From Candidatus Hydrogenedentota bacterium (GTDB lineage: Bacteria > Hydrogenedentota > Hydrogenedentia > Hydrogenedentales > SLHB01): a DNA stretch of 24,568 nucleotides. Position numbers and translations under genes: made by a program. The notes beneath the pieces were generated by a model. That model was not told the DNA's origin and did no database searches. It worked only from the letters and a program-made list of their open reading frames with translations. Shown in pieces: positions 1-10,165 of the stretch (positions are counted from its first letter, which is position 1; each line of letters starts with the position of its first letter). The stretch lies in assembly GCA_023384315.1 (NCBI GenBank), contig JAHDWY010000002.1, positions 1 to 24,568 on the forward strand, in the 5' to 3' direction.

Positions 1-2075
1 CGATCGTCCGGATCGATATCTAACGTTCGCGCGTAGGCGTCGATGTAATGCGCGACATTGCGATGGTTTTGAACGACGCCTTTCGGCTTTCCGGTGGAGC
101 CGGAGGTGTAGAGGATGTATGCAGGCGATTCAGGATCGCCATTTACGCCATCGTGCGAATCCAGGTGCTCAAACGATTCGATGGCGATCACCGGACAACG
201 TTCTCCGGCGATGGCACGTGCGCGCTCCAAAGAGGTATCCGTCGTGAGCAAGGTGCCGATCTGCGCGTCTTCGATCATGAATTGGAGACGCGCCTCGGGA
301 TAGGCCGCATCCATGGGAACGTAGGTCTTACCCGCTTTCAGCGCGCCAAGGAGCACGGCAATCATGGGCGCGTCGTGTTCAAACATCAAACCGACGCGCG
401 ACCCCACGGCGTATGTCGCCTCGAAAATACCTGATGCAATCTGAGACGCGCGCCGATCCAGCTCCGCATAGGTCCAACGGTGGTTTCGCGTGTGGACCGC
501 AATCGCGTCGGGGGTCGTCGCGGCTTGCCGCTCGAAACGCCGATGGAGCGGCGTTGCGCCGTCGAATGGGTCATCGCCTACCGGAATTGACTCGCGAGCG
601 GCCAGCGGTATATGGGCGACGGATGCGTCGGCCTGCGCGCAGATCGCGTCGAGTACTGCACCCAAATCACGCAAGAACTGCTGAATCGTTGATTCTTCAA
701 AAAGGTCACGGTTGTAGACCAGCATGAGCCGGGTCGTCGCGCCGCGAGGCCGCACGTAAAGGGTTAAATCAAATTTGGACTCGGGTTCGCGGCGGTAGAC
801 GCGTTCCACGGCGATATCGCCCATGTCAAGGCCATCGCCGCCCATGTTGATCATGTTGAACAGGACTTGGAAGACGGGCGTCCGGCTGAGGTCGCGTTCG
901 GGCTGAATCTCCTCCACCAACTTTTCGAAGGGGAGGTCTTCGTGCTCGAATGCATGCAGGACCGTATCGCGCGTCCGGCGCAGGAGCTTGCGGAATGTAG
1001 GGTTTCCCTCGAACCGCGCGCGCAGGGCTACGGTGTTGACGAAGAACCCGATCATGCCCTCCGTGCCGGGGTAGCGGCGTCCGGCGACCGGCGAGCCGAC
1101 AACAAAATCATCCTGGCCGGTGTACCGGTACAAGAGCACCTCGAAGGCCGCAAGCAACGTCATGAAGAGTGTCGCGCCTTCGTCTGCGCTCAATTTGCGA
1201 AGGGCGGCGATCGTCTGCGAATCCAGTTCCAGGTACTCGCGACCGCCGCGGAACGTCTGGTATGCGGGACGGGGACGGTCTGTCGGCAGTTCAAGCGGCG
1301 GCGGCGGCCCGGCCAGTTGTTCCCGCCAGTACAGCACGCGCTCGTCCATGTCGTCGTCGAGCCAGGCGCGTTGGATACGCGCGAAGTCGGCGTACTGGAG
1401 CGGAAGCGCATCCAGATCGGGCAAGCGTCCTTCCGAGAAACTCTCGTAGTGCTCCGCCAACTCGCGCAACACGACGCGCATGCTCCACCCGTCCGCGACA
1501 ATGTGATGGAGCACGACCGACAGGACGTGCACGTCCGGCCGCAGCCGGATAAGATACGCGCGCATGAGCGGGGCATTCGACAAATCAAACGGCGTGCGCG
1601 TAAATGCGTCCACCTGTTGCCGGAGACGGCATTCCTCGTCGCCCGGGCCTTCGTCGAGCGTGCACTGGGCGACGGCGAAACTGACGTCCTGCGCGATCAC
1701 CTGCACCGGCTGGTCGTTGAACGCGGCAAAGGACGTGCGCAGCGTTTCGTGGCGTTGCACGATGGCACACAGACTTTGCTCGAGCGCGGCGACATCCAGC
1801 GCGCCCGTGAGCCGGTAGGTCAGGTGCATGTTGTACGTCGAACGGCCCGGCTCGAGCTGATCGAAGAACCAAAGGCGGCGTTGCGAATAGGAAGCCGCGG
1901 CATGCTTGCGGCGTTGGCCGAGTAACGGCGCGATCTCCGGCTTGCGCGCTTTCAATGCATTGCGCAGTTCGGCGGAGAGGCATCCTTTCGGCGCGCGCAG
2001 ACACAGCTCATCCCCTTCCGCCCAGATGTGGGCGCCCCTCGCGATGACCTCTGCAAGGAGGGCGGCCGCGGTCAT
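1..2075 (-). CDS. Non-ribosomal peptide synthetase, N-terminal part (TubC_N docking domain - condensation domain - start of adenylation domain); runs off the window
   Basis: Not in the ORF track; translated by hand from ATG at 2075, and all motifs checked fall in this frame. N-terminus [52 protein letters not shown] (TubC_N-like). C-domain motifs ASYSQRRLWFFDQL, RHETLRTSF, PFDLSNAPLMR, HHIVADGWS (HHIVADG at 1488-1508), LPTDRPRP, GFFVNTVALR. A-domain motifs WTYAELD, LKAGKTYVPMD, YILYTSGSTGKPKGV (about 75-119). At least 691 codons. Confidence 0.95.
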   Translation of the reverse strand, partial: MTAAALLAEVIARGAHIWAEGDELCLRAPKGCLSAELRNALKARKPEIAPLLGQRRKHAAASYSQRRLWFFDQLEPGRSTYNMHLTYRLTGALDVAALEQSLCAIVQRHETLRTSFAAFNDQPVQVIAQDVSFAVAQCTLDEGPGDEECRLRQQVDAFTRTPFDLSNAPLMRAYLIRLRPDVHVLSVVLHHIVADGWSMRVVLRELAEHYESFSEGRLPDLDALPLQYADFARIQRAWLDDDMDERVLYWREQLAGPPPPLELPTDRPRPAYQTFRGGREYLELDSQTIAALRKLSADEGATLFMTLLAAFEVLLYRYTGQDDFVVGSPVAGRRYPGTEGMIGFFVNTVALRARFEGNPTFRKLLRRTRDTVLHAFEHEDLPFEKLVEEIQPERDLSRTPVFQVLFNMINMGGDGLDMGDIAVERVYRREPESKFDLTLYVRPRGATTRLMLVYNRDLFEESTIQQFLRDLGAVLDAICAQADASVAHIPLAARESIPVGDDPFDGATPLHRRFERQAATTPDAIAVHTRNHRWTYAELDRRASQIASGIFEATYAVGSRVGLMFEHDAPMIAVLLGALKAGKTYVPMDAAYPEARLQFMIEDAQIGTLLTTDTSLERARAIAGERCPVIAIESFEHLDSHDGVNGDPESPAYILYTSGSTGKPKGVVQNHRNVAHYIDAYARTLDIDPDD

Positions 2076-5000
2076 AAGCGCTCTTCCTCCAGTTCCTCTC
2101 CGGAACCGGCTATCACACGCGTGAGCGTTTCATTGGGCAGATCGTATTCTAGGATCGCGGAAATGCGCTGGGCCCAGTCGCCGAGACGGTTCGGCAGTTT
2201 CGCGCGCTTCCACGCGTCGGCAAGCGTCGGATCGATCGAGGTATGCTTCATGAAATTCGGATCGCCGATGGCACGTGCTTTCGCGCGCACGCCGTCGGTC
2301 ATGCGGCCTTCCCCGTAGGGATCGAGCACGGCGGGTTCGAACGGCACGTCGAGGAACGTGCACATGCCGCGCATGATGCGTTCGGGATCGGTAACGAGTT
2401 CCTCGTAGCGCACCGGGAACTGCCGCTCCTCCGGCACGCCTTTCAAGAACTCGATGGTATTCTCGTTGTGCGACGCCCACACCTCTTCCGCGAGCAGATA
2501 GGGATCGGCATGACCGAAGTCGAACATCTTCCCCGTACGATTCTTCACGTAGGATTCGATGACCGCGTAGGGATGGCGGTAGAGATAGATATACTTCGGG
2601 TTTTCAAAGAGATCCTCGGCGCGCTCCATGGTCTCGCGGCGGCCGGTGTAGGTCGGCGACTTGTCCACGAGCAGCTTGGGCGCCACGCTTTCCTGAAGCT
2701 GTGTGAACACGTCCTGGATGAGCGTGTCCTCCGCGAACATGCGTTCGATAAGCGCTTCCGCGGCGTCGGCATCGAGTCCCTGGGCTTCCATGAACGCGCG
2801 CTGAAGTCCGTCACCGAGGTAGTTGCCTTCGCCGAGGAACGTGCGGCGATCCTTCATGGAATGGAAATGAAGGATGTGCAATTCCGGCGGGCTGAAGAGC
2901 TGCGGGTGCCCTGCGAGCATCACACGCAATAGCGTTGAGCCGGACCGCGGCGCGGACAGCAAAAACGCGCAGGGCGGGTTCTTCCGTTCCGGTTTGGGCG
3001 GAGCGACGATCTTGCCCCTGGCCTTGTTGATGTTGGCTTGAATGAAGCCTTCCGGCGGCGGCGCTTCGCCTTCGCGCTTGCGCTGCATGATATCCAGCTC
3101 GGTGCCGATGTACTCGGCAAGACCCGCCAGCGAGGGCTGCTCAAATACCTCCCGAGGATGAATGCGGATCTTCAGATCGCGACCGAGATTGCGAATCAGG
3201 TCCATGACCATGATGGAATCGAGACCGAGATTGACCACGTTCTGGTCCACCGGCACCGCCGCGGGATCGGTGTGAAGCACTTCGCCGATCGAATTGCACA
3301 GTTGCTGTTCGATGAGCTTCCGGCGCGCCTCGCCTTCGGACTCGAGGATCTGCTTGCACCGCTCGCTCGGCACGGCGGACTTCTTCGCTTGGCCCGCGAC
3401 TTTGGACAGGAAGGGCGTGCCGTCCCCAGTGTCGAAGAGGGACTGAAGTGCCGGCCAGTCAGCGTCGACGACACCAACCTGCGCAAGATCGCGATCGAGA
3501 AGCATACCGAACGCGGCGAGACCTTCATCGGGATCGATGCTGGCAATGCCTTGTTGCGCAAGACGACCGCCGCGATCCGGCTGGGCCGCCATGCCCACTT
3601 CGGCCCATGGACCCCAGTTGATGCTGAGCGCGGGCAAACCGTTCGCGCGACGATGGACGGCCAGGGCGTCGAGGTACGCGTTCGCCGCGGCGTAGTTCCC
3701 CTGCCCCACGGAACCGAACATGGACGCGGCCGAGGAGAACAACACGAAGAAGTCGAGTCCCGTGTCCGCGAAGGCGCGGTGAAGATTCCACGCGCCTGCG
3801 ACTTTCGAGCGGCCTACGGTTTCGAAGGACGCGGGGTCCATGTCGTGGATGAGCTGATCGTCGAGTACGCCCGCGGCGTGAATGACGCCACGAATCGCCG
3901 GCCACTGTTCATCGCGGTATTGCGTCAGAAACGCGGTGAACCGCGCGGCGTCCGACACGTCAACCGCGGCGACGTGCACGGATGCTCCCGCGGCCTCGAG
4001 TTCGCGAACGGCGGCGATATTCTGACCGGCGCGGCACGCGGGATCGACCTTTGACCAGTCGTTGCGCGGCGGCAAGGCCGTGCGCGCCAGCAGTACGAGG
4101 CGGCGCGCGCCGTTTTGCACCAGCCAATGCGCCAACTTGATTCCGAGGCCACCGAACCCGCCCGTGATCAAATACGCGCCATCGGCGCGAAACGCTACGT
4201 GCGGCGACACCTCAGTCTCAGCAAGGGGACTTACGCGCGCCCCGAAGCGATTTGCCGCTCGCAGGGCGACCATGCTCTCGCCATCGTGCGCGAGCAATTC
4301 GTCGGCCAGGCTCGAAACAGGGCGATCTTTCGCCACGTCGATCAACTTACCCATCACGTCCGGGTGTTCCAGCGCGATGCACCGGCCGAGCGCCCACAAT
4401 GGGGCCTGCGAAAGATTAGGCAGTTCGCCTTCGGCAATCGCCTGGGCGGATTGCGTCACGATGTACAGGCGCGGTGCGGTCGTCGCGAGCGCGCGTTTCG
4501 CGAGCGCTTGTGCGACGAGTAATGTGCTGCGGCAAGTTGCCGCAAATTCGTCGAGTGCCTTGTTTCCATCTTCAGCTTCGGTTCGAGCGCACTTCGGCAA
4601 TACAATCACGCCGGGGCGACCGGTGCCATTCGCGTTGAAGGCGACGTCCAGGCTCTTGTCGATATCTTCCGCACGGACCGATCCGGCGGCCGTTGCAGCA
4701 AGTCCGCGCGCGGTGAGTTCGGCGACAAGTCCGCGCGAGAATTCGTCGTCTTCACCGAACACCAGCCAAGGGCCTGAGTCGTTCGTTCGCGCGGCTTCGG
4801 GAAGCGATTCCCACGCTACCGTGTGGAACCAGCCTGCAAGTTTGGCGCGTTGCTCTTCGCTGATTGCTGTGGATGTCGCGCCATCGCTGACCCGGCCGCC
4901 CAAGGCCTGAACGATGTCGTTCGACGCACCGGGCTTTACCGTGAACCAATGGCGCTTGAGTTCGAATGGGTACGTCGGCAGGGCAACGCGACGGCGCGGA

Positions 5001-8000
5001 TGATCCGTATCGAAGGCCTGCCAGTCGAGTTCGACGCCGTTGACCTGCAAGGTCGCAGCGGCGGTAAGCAACGTGCGCCAGTTGTCCGCGTCTTTGCCGA
5101 GCGAAGGAAGCCAAGTCGCTTCTGTGTCCGGCAGGCATCGGCGGCCCATGCCGATAAGGGTGTTGGCCGGGCCAACCTCGAGGAACACCGATACGCCATG
5201 ATCGGCGAGGGCCTTCATGCCGCCTTCGAACAGCACGGCGTCGCGAATATGATCGCGCCAGTATTCGGCGTCCAGCGTCTCCCCGCATTCGAGCGTCTTG
5301 CCGGTGCGGTTCGACACAAGCGGAATGGTGAGCGGCTGGTAGCGGACTTCTTTGGCCACCGCGTGGAACGCATCGAGTATCGGGTCCATCAAGGGCGAGT
5401 GGAAGGCGTGGGACACGGTCATCTTGGTGCACCGGACGTCTTGAGCGGAGAACTGTTCGACGATGGCATCGAGCGCGTCGCCCACGCCGGACACAACGAC
5501 CAGGTTCGGACCATTCACGGCGGCAATCGACAGGGCCTTCTCCTGCCCTTTGAGCGCGGCGGCGACTGTCTTGTGATCCGAGAAGATGGCCGCCATCTTT
5601 CCGCCGGCCGGAAGCGACTGGATGAGGCGCCCGCGTTCCGCGATGAGCCGCAGTCCGTCTTCCAGACTGAACATACCGGCGAGGCACGCGGCGGCATACT
5701 CGCCGACGCTGTGGCCAATCACGTAGTCAGGAGTTATGCCCCAGGAGCGCCAGAGTTCCGCGAGCGCATACTCAAGCGCGAAGAGCGCCGGTTGCGTGTA
5801 CGCGGTTTCGTTGATGGGTGATTCGGCCCCCTCCCCTGGGTACAGGATGGAGAGCAGCGGCTGCTCCAAATAGGGCCGGAGAATCGCGTCGCAACGGTCG
5901 ATGGTCGCCCGGAACGCCGGTTCGGTTTCGTAGAGTTGCCGTCCCATTCCGGCGAACTGGGCGCCCTGTCCCGTAAACAGGAACGCAAGCTTCGGCCGGA
6001 ATCCGGAGCGCACCGTGCCACGGATGACATTGGGCGCGGCTTCACCTTGCGCAAAACGGTTGAGCGCGTCGCGTAGCACATTTCCGGAGCCTTCGGTTTC
6101 CAACGGTTCCGTGAGAATGGCCAGGCGCTGTTCGAAAACGCAGCGCGTCGTGTTTGTGGAATAACAGAGGTCCCGGATCGCGGCGGCATCCTGAAGATCG
6201 CGGGACGCGTAGGAACCTGCAAGTTTCTGCAGGGCCGTTTCCGTGCGCGCGGACAGAGTCAGCACGTGGCGGGGCCGATCGGACTGCGAAGTCTCAGCGT
6301 GCGCGGGGGTCACAGGCGCTTCTTCAAGCACAACATGACTGTTCGCGCCGCCGAACCCGAAGGCGCTGACTCCGGCGAGTCGGCGTTTCGATCCGCGCGG
6401 CCAGGGCAGCGGTGCCGTCGGAATCTGGTACCGGGTCTCGTCCAGCTTGATAAGCGGGTTTACCTTGTCCAGGTGCAGATGCGGCGGAATTGTCTCGTGC
6501 TGCAGCGCGAGGACGGCCTTGATAAGCCCAACGATGCCTGCCGCGGGCTCCAGGTGCCCCACGTTCGTCTTGGCCGAAGCAATGGCGCAGGTGTTGCCTT
6601 CGTCACGTCCGTCGGACAGGACCGTTTGAATCGATTCAATCTCGATGGGATCGCCAAGCGAAGTGCCCGTACCGTGGGCTTCAAGGTAGGAGATCTCCGA
6701 AGGCGCGACGGCAGCGTTCTCCAATGCGGCGCGAATCACCGCCTGTTGGGCCTTCGTACTTGGCGCGGTGAGGCCGTTGCTGTGCCCGACGTGATTCACC
6801 GCCGTTCCGCGGACGACCGCGAGCACGTTGTCACCGTCGGCCAAGGCGTCGGATAGGCGCTTCAACACGACCAACCCGCATCCTTCGCTGCGCACGTAGC
6901 CGTTCGCCGCCGCGTCGAAAGCCTTACACCGCCCGTCCGGCGCAAGCATGCGCGCCTGCGACAAGGCAATGGTCGCCAGCGGCGACAGGATGACGCTCAC
7001 GCCACCGGCGAGGGCGACGTTACATTCGCGGTCGCGCAGGCTCTGGCAGGCCTGATGCAAAGCAACCAGTGCGGATGAACAGGCGGTATCGACGGAGACG
7101 CTGGGACCACGCAGGTCGAGCAAATAGGAGAGACGGTTCGACGCGATGGACTGCGTGTTGCCGGTGGCAACGTAGGCGTCGTTCTCCGCGCCGAGCAGCA
7201 GTTGAAGTTGCATGTAGTCGATGGACGAAACGCCGATGAAGGTGCCCGTGGCCGAACCGGCTAGACGGTCGGCGCGGACGCCGGCATTTTCAAAGGCCTC
7301 CCAGGCCACGTGTAAAAGCAATCGCTGTTGGGGATCCATACTGGCCGCTTCACGGGGGGAGATGTTAAAGAACGCGGCGTCGAACTTATCAACGTCCTCT
7401 ACGAAGCCGCCCCACTTCGTGATCATGCGGCCCGGCGTTGCCAGATCGGGATCGTACAGCGTATCGAAGTTCCAGCGATCCGCGGGAATCTCCCGTATCG
7501 CATCGCCACCATCGCGCAGCAACTCCCAGAACGCGTCCGGGTTCTTCGCGCCGGGAAACCGGCAACTCATACCGACGATGGCGATGGGTTCACCGTGGGT
7601 GCGGGAATTCGTATTCGTCGCGTCCGGCGACCACGTGCCGGAAAGATGGCGGGCCAGGGCGTCGATACAGGGATACTCGTAGACCAAAGTGGGCGAAAGC
7701 GTGCGCCCGACGACGCGCTCCATATCGGCCGCGAGTTCGACAGCGGCCATGGAATGGAGCCCGAGGCTCGAGAAGGGCTGGCGGATGTCCACCTGTGCCG
7801 CGTCGACGTTCAGCCGAAGGGCGATGCGGTGCGCGAGATACTCGCGCAGGTGCAGGTAACTCTTGCCCGCATTCGCCGACGCCGCATGCGGCACGTTCGC
7901 TGGAACCCGATCGTCAGCCGAGGCATCGGCGATCGATCTGCCGACCAGGGGCAGCGATTCGTCCAGAAACGCTTTGCGGCATGCGCGGCGCTGAATCTTG

Positions 8001-9619
8001 CCGCTCGACGTTTTCGGAATCGACCCCGGTTGAACCAGCAGCACTGCATGCACCGGCACTTCGTGCTGCTCGCCAACCGCCGCGCGAATCGTAGCCGCAA
8101 CCTGCTCCACATCCAGCCCATCGACGGCATCGCGCGCGACTTCCTGGGCGACGACGAGCAATTCGCCGCGTGCGTCTTCAATCGCGAAAGCCGCTCCGCA
8201 TCCCGGGCGCAGCGCGGGATGGCACGATTCGACCGTGAGTTCGATGTCCTGGGGATAATAGTTGATCCCGCGAATGATGATGAGATCTTTGAGACGCCCC
8301 GCAACGAAGAGTTCTCCGGCCTGCAGGATTCCGAGATCGCCGGTGCGCAGGTAAGGGCCTTCGCCGCCATCCGCAAGGGTTCCCCAGAAGGTGGCGGCCG
8401 TCTCGTCGGGGCGGTTCCAATAGCCCGACGCGACGCTGGGCCCTTTCACCCAAATCTCGCCGACCTCACCATCCGGACGGGGCAGGCAAGTATCGGGCGC
8501 GACGATTCGAACATCCTGATCGGCTGCTGGAGAACCGCAGCCCACAAGCGTCCGAATCCGTGCGTTGTCTTCCGGGAACTCGCGTACCGCCATGCTGCCG
8601 CCGCGACGCGCAAACGATACCGCAAGCGTGGCTTCGGCAAGGCCGTAACAAGGGAGAAACGCGTGGCTCCGGAATCCGGCGGAATTGAATTTCTGCGCAA
8701 AGGCGTCCAGCGTACCCGGCCGAATCGGTTCCGCGCCGTTAAACGCCACGCGCCATGCGCTCAGGTCCAAAGCGTCTCTATCGTCGTTGCTAATCTTGTC
8801 CACGCAAAGTTGATAGGCAAAATTTGGCCCGCCGCTGACGGTCGCGCGCCGCTGGCTCAAGGCTTGCAACCACGAGGCGGGTTGCTTCAGGAAGTGCAAG
8901 GGCGACATAAGCGTCGAATCGCAACCGACAAAGGGCGGAATCAGCACGCCCGCCAGCAAACCCATGTCATGGAACTGGGGCAGCCAACTGAGCACATGAT
9001 CGTCCGCGGAAAGCCCCGTCGCTTCGCGTATGTAAGCGCAGTTGTGAAGCAAATTGCCGTGGGTCACCATCACGCCCTTCGGCGCTGATGTGGAACCCGA
9101 AGTGTATTGCAGGAACGCGAGATCCGTTGGCGCGACATCGGGGTTGCGCCACGCGTCCGGGTCAGCTTCACTGGCGTCGGTCGCGACCCAACGCAACCCC
9201 GCAAGCGCGGGTTGCTCCTGGAGCAGCATCTGCGCCGCTGCCAGGTACTCCGAAGTGGTTAACGCCAGCGTCGCCTGGGCGTCCGCAAACATCGCGAGGA
9301 GCCGCCCGAGCGTCCTTCCGGGGCGTGGAGGATAGGCAGGGACCGCCGTAACACCGGCGTAGAGGCAGGCGTAAAATGCGACGTTGAACTCAATGCCGGG
9401 TGCAAAGAACAAGAGGGCGCGATCGCCCGGTTTGCTGACGAACTGAAGTTCCGCCGCAACGGTGCGCACACGCTCTTCGAATTCGTGGTAGCAGACGTTA
9501 TGCGTTATGTCTGATCCGGAAGCGATTAGCGAGAAGATTATGGAATCCGGTTGCGCCGCTGTCCGCTCGGCGAGAACATCGATGAAGTTCCGGGTTCTGC
9601 TCAGGGGAAACTTCTCCAA
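2072..9619 (-). CDS. Type I PKS: FAAL-ACP-KS-AT-KR-ACP-sulfotransferase (Ols/CurM-like, no thioesterase)
   Basis: FAAL: [52 protein letters not shown]1: LGLHS (Ser623). KS: DTACSS (Cys847), [17 protein letters not shown]: GHSVG (Ser1304) and HAFH (malonyl type). KR: [11 protein letters not shown] (B-type), YAAAN (Tyr1976). ACP2: LGLDS (Ser2135). ST: [29 protein letters not shown]. The TTG start at 9619 is uncertain. Confidence 0.95.
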   Translation of the reverse strand: MEKFPLSRTRNFIDVLAERTAAQPDSIIFSLIASGSDITHNVCYHEFEERVRTVAAELQFVSKPGDRALLFFAPGIEFNVAFYACLYAGVTAVPAYPPRPGRTLGRLLAMFADAQATLALTTSEYLAAAQMLLQEQPALAGLRWVATDASEADPDAWRNPDVAPTDLAFLQYTSGSTSAPKGVMVTHGNLLHNCAYIREATGLSADDHVLSWLPQFHDMGLLAGVLIPPFVGCDSTLMSPLHFLKQPASWLQALSQRRATVSGGPNFAYQLCVDKISNDDRDALDLSAWRVAFNGAEPIRPGTLDAFAQKFNSAGFRSHAFLPCYGLAEATLAVSFARRGGSMAVREFPEDNARIRTLVGCGSPAADQDVRIVAPDTCLPRPDGEVGEIWVKGPSVASGYWNRPDETAATFWGTLADGGEGPYLRTGDLGILQAGELFVAGRLKDLIIIRGINYYPQDIELTVESCHPALRPGCGAAFAIEDARGELLVVAQEVARDAVDGLDVEQVAATIRAAVGEQHEVPVHAVLLVQPGSIPKTSSGKIQRRACRKAFLDESLPLVGRSIADASADDRVPANVPHAASANAGKSYLHLREYLAHRIALRLNVDAAQVDIRQPFSSLGLHSMAAVELAADMERVVGRTLSPTLVYEYPCIDALARHLSGTWSPDATNTNSRTHGEPIAIVGMSCRFPGAKNPDAFWELLRDGGDAIREIPADRWNFDTLYDPDLATPGRMITKWGGFVEDVDKFDAAFFNISPREAASMDPQQRLLLHVAWEAFENAGVRADRLAGSATGTFIGVSSIDYMQLQLLLGAENDAYVATGNTQSIASNRLSYLLDLRGPSVSVDTACSSALVALHQACQSLRDRECNVALAGGVSVILSPLATIALSQARMLAPDGRCKAFDAAANGYVRSEGCGLVVLKRLSDALADGDNVLAVVRGTAVNHVGHSNGLTAPSTKAQQAVIRAALENAAVAPSEISYLEAHGTGTSLGDPIEIESIQTVLSDGRDEGNTCAIASAKTNVGHLEPAAGIVGLIKAVLALQHETIPPHLHLDKVNPLIKLDETRYQIPTAPLPWPRGSKRRLAGVSAFGFGGANSHVVLEEAPVTPAHAETSQSDRPRHVLTLSARTETALQKLAGSYASRDLQDAAAIRDLCYSTNTTRCVFEQRLAILTEPLETEGSGNVLRDALNRFAQGEAAPNVIRGTVRSGFRPKLAFLFTGQGAQFAGMGRQLYETEPAFRATIDRCDAILRPYLEQPLLSILYPGEGAESPINETAYTQPALFALEYALAELWRSWGITPDYVIGHSVGEYAAACLAGMFSLEDGLRLIAERGRLIQSLPAGGKMAAIFSDHKTVAAALKGQEKALSIAAVNGPNLVVVSGVGDALDAIVEQFSAQDVRCTKMTVSHAFHSPLMDPILDAFHAVAKEVRYQPLTIPLVSNRTGKTLECGETLDAEYWRDHIRDAVLFEGGMKALADHGVSVFLEVGPANTLIGMGRRCLPDTEATWLPSLGKDADNWRTLLTAAATLQVNGVELDWQAFDTDHPRRRVALPTYPFELKRHWFTVKPGASNDIVQALGGRVSDGATSTAISEEQRAKLAGWFHTVAWESLPEAARTNDSGPWLVFGEDDEFSRGLVAELTARGLAATAAGSVRAEDIDKSLDVAFNANGTGRPGVIVLPKCARTEAEDGNKALDEFAATCRSTLLVAQALAKRALATTAPRLYIVTQSAQAIAEGELPNLSQAPLWALGRCIALEHPDVMGKLIDVAKDRPVSSLADELLAHDGESMVALRAANRFGARVSPLAETEVSPHVAFRADGAYLITGGFGGLGIKLAHWLVQNGARRLVLLARTALPPRNDWSKVDPACRAGQNIAAVRELEAAGASVHVAAVDVSDAARFTAFLTQYRDEQWPAIRGVIHAAGVLDDQLIHDMDPASFETVGRSKVAGAWNLHRAFADTGLDFFVLFSSAASMFGSVGQGNYAAANAYLDALAVHRRANGLPALSINWGPWAEVGMAAQPDRGGRLAQQGIASIDPDEGLAAFGMLLDRDLAQVGVVDADWPALQSLFDTGDGTPFLSKVAGQAKKSAVPSERCKQILESEGEARRKLIEQQLCNSIGEVLHTDPAAVPVDQNVVNLGLDSIMVMDLIRNLGRDLKIRIHPREVFEQPSLAGLAEYIGTELDIMQRKREGEAPPPEGFIQANINKARGKIVAPPKPERKNPPCAFLLSAPRSGSTLLRVMLAGHPQLFSPPELHILHFHSMKDRRTFLGEGNYLGDGLQRAFMEAQGLDADAAEALIERMFAEDTLIQDVFTQLQESVAPKLLVDKSPTYTGRRETMERAEDLFENPKYIYLYRHPYAVIESYVKNRTGKMFDFGHADPYLLAEEVWASHNENTIEFLKGVPEERQFPVRYEELVTDPERIMRGMCTFLDVPFEPAVLDPYGEGRMTDGVRAKARAIGDPNFMKHTSIDPTLADAWKRAKLPNRLGDWAQRISAILEYDLPNETLTRVIAGSGEELEEERL

Positions 9620-9928
9620 ACGGGGCCGCCGTCAAGCTACCCTTGGTGTTGCAGCGCCATCACTCTCCGGCAACCCGCCTAGATTCGGAGCATGCGCTAA
9701 CCTATATAAATGCCGCGAGCCGTCGCCCGCGACCTATACGAATCCGCCGCGCATACCATGCGCGTGGGCCGCTTACGCCGCTGCCAAAGCGGCAACTGAT
9801 GTAGTGAATCCCCCCGAAAGGCCGACCGTCAGAAGTCGCCTCCCAAATATTGACGGCCAAGTAACGCAGTGTACAACAGCTCGTGGGCGGGAAATTTACG
9901 GCGATTCCCACATCCTCGACCAGCACCA

Positions 9929-9959
9929 ATTATACTCTACTCCGCGATTCGCATTACAA
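9929..9959 (-). promoter_or_regulatory. Candidate sigma70 promoter for the PKS-NRPS operon
   Basis: Perfect TATAAT on the minus strand (plus-strand attata, 9929-9934) in an AT-rich stretch. TTGTAA lies 19 bp upstream, which is a suboptimal spacing. Confidence 0.3.
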
Positions 9960-10165
9960 TTACCGGCTATACAGGGGTTCCTTAAGGCAAGGATACTACA
10001 TATTGTGCGGAAATACCAGCATGTACAGCCTCAAAAACACTAAATTAGCGTAATCGAAGCGATCTCCAAACCGCAATTTCGTCAATTATTTCCCTTAAAA
10101 CTCGAAAGATGTTACCAAAATGAGCCGACTCGCTTCAAATTGGACGACAACCATGAATTTTGGTT

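Noticed and set aside
48-9088. Long plus-strand ORFs (867-1925, 3038-4054, 4823-5821, 7328-9088 and others)
   Set aside because: Antisense shadows of high-GC minus-strand PKS/NRPS genes, with no recognisable motifs.
2072-9619. Annotating the PKS as an olefin synthase (ols) or curM
   Set aside because: There is no thioesterase after the ST domain; the protein ends in a docking-like tail abutting an NRPS.
9740-9840. GAATCC…GTGAATC…CCGTCAG words reminiscent of a c-di-AMP (ydaO) riboswitch, and a CC-GAAA-GG loop reminiscent of c-di-GMP riboswitches
   Set aside because: They are on the plus strand with no downstream plus-strand gene, and other conserved elements are missing. An Infernal scan would settle it.
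9850-9877. Plus-strand TTGACG-N16-TACAAC promoter-like sequence
   Set aside because: Imperfect -10 and no sense gene to drive; an antisense RNA cannot be supported from sequence alone.
9702-9929. 75-aa minus-strand ORF in the PKS upstream spacer
   Set aside because: No clear RBS or motif, and it overlaps the candidate promoter/leader.
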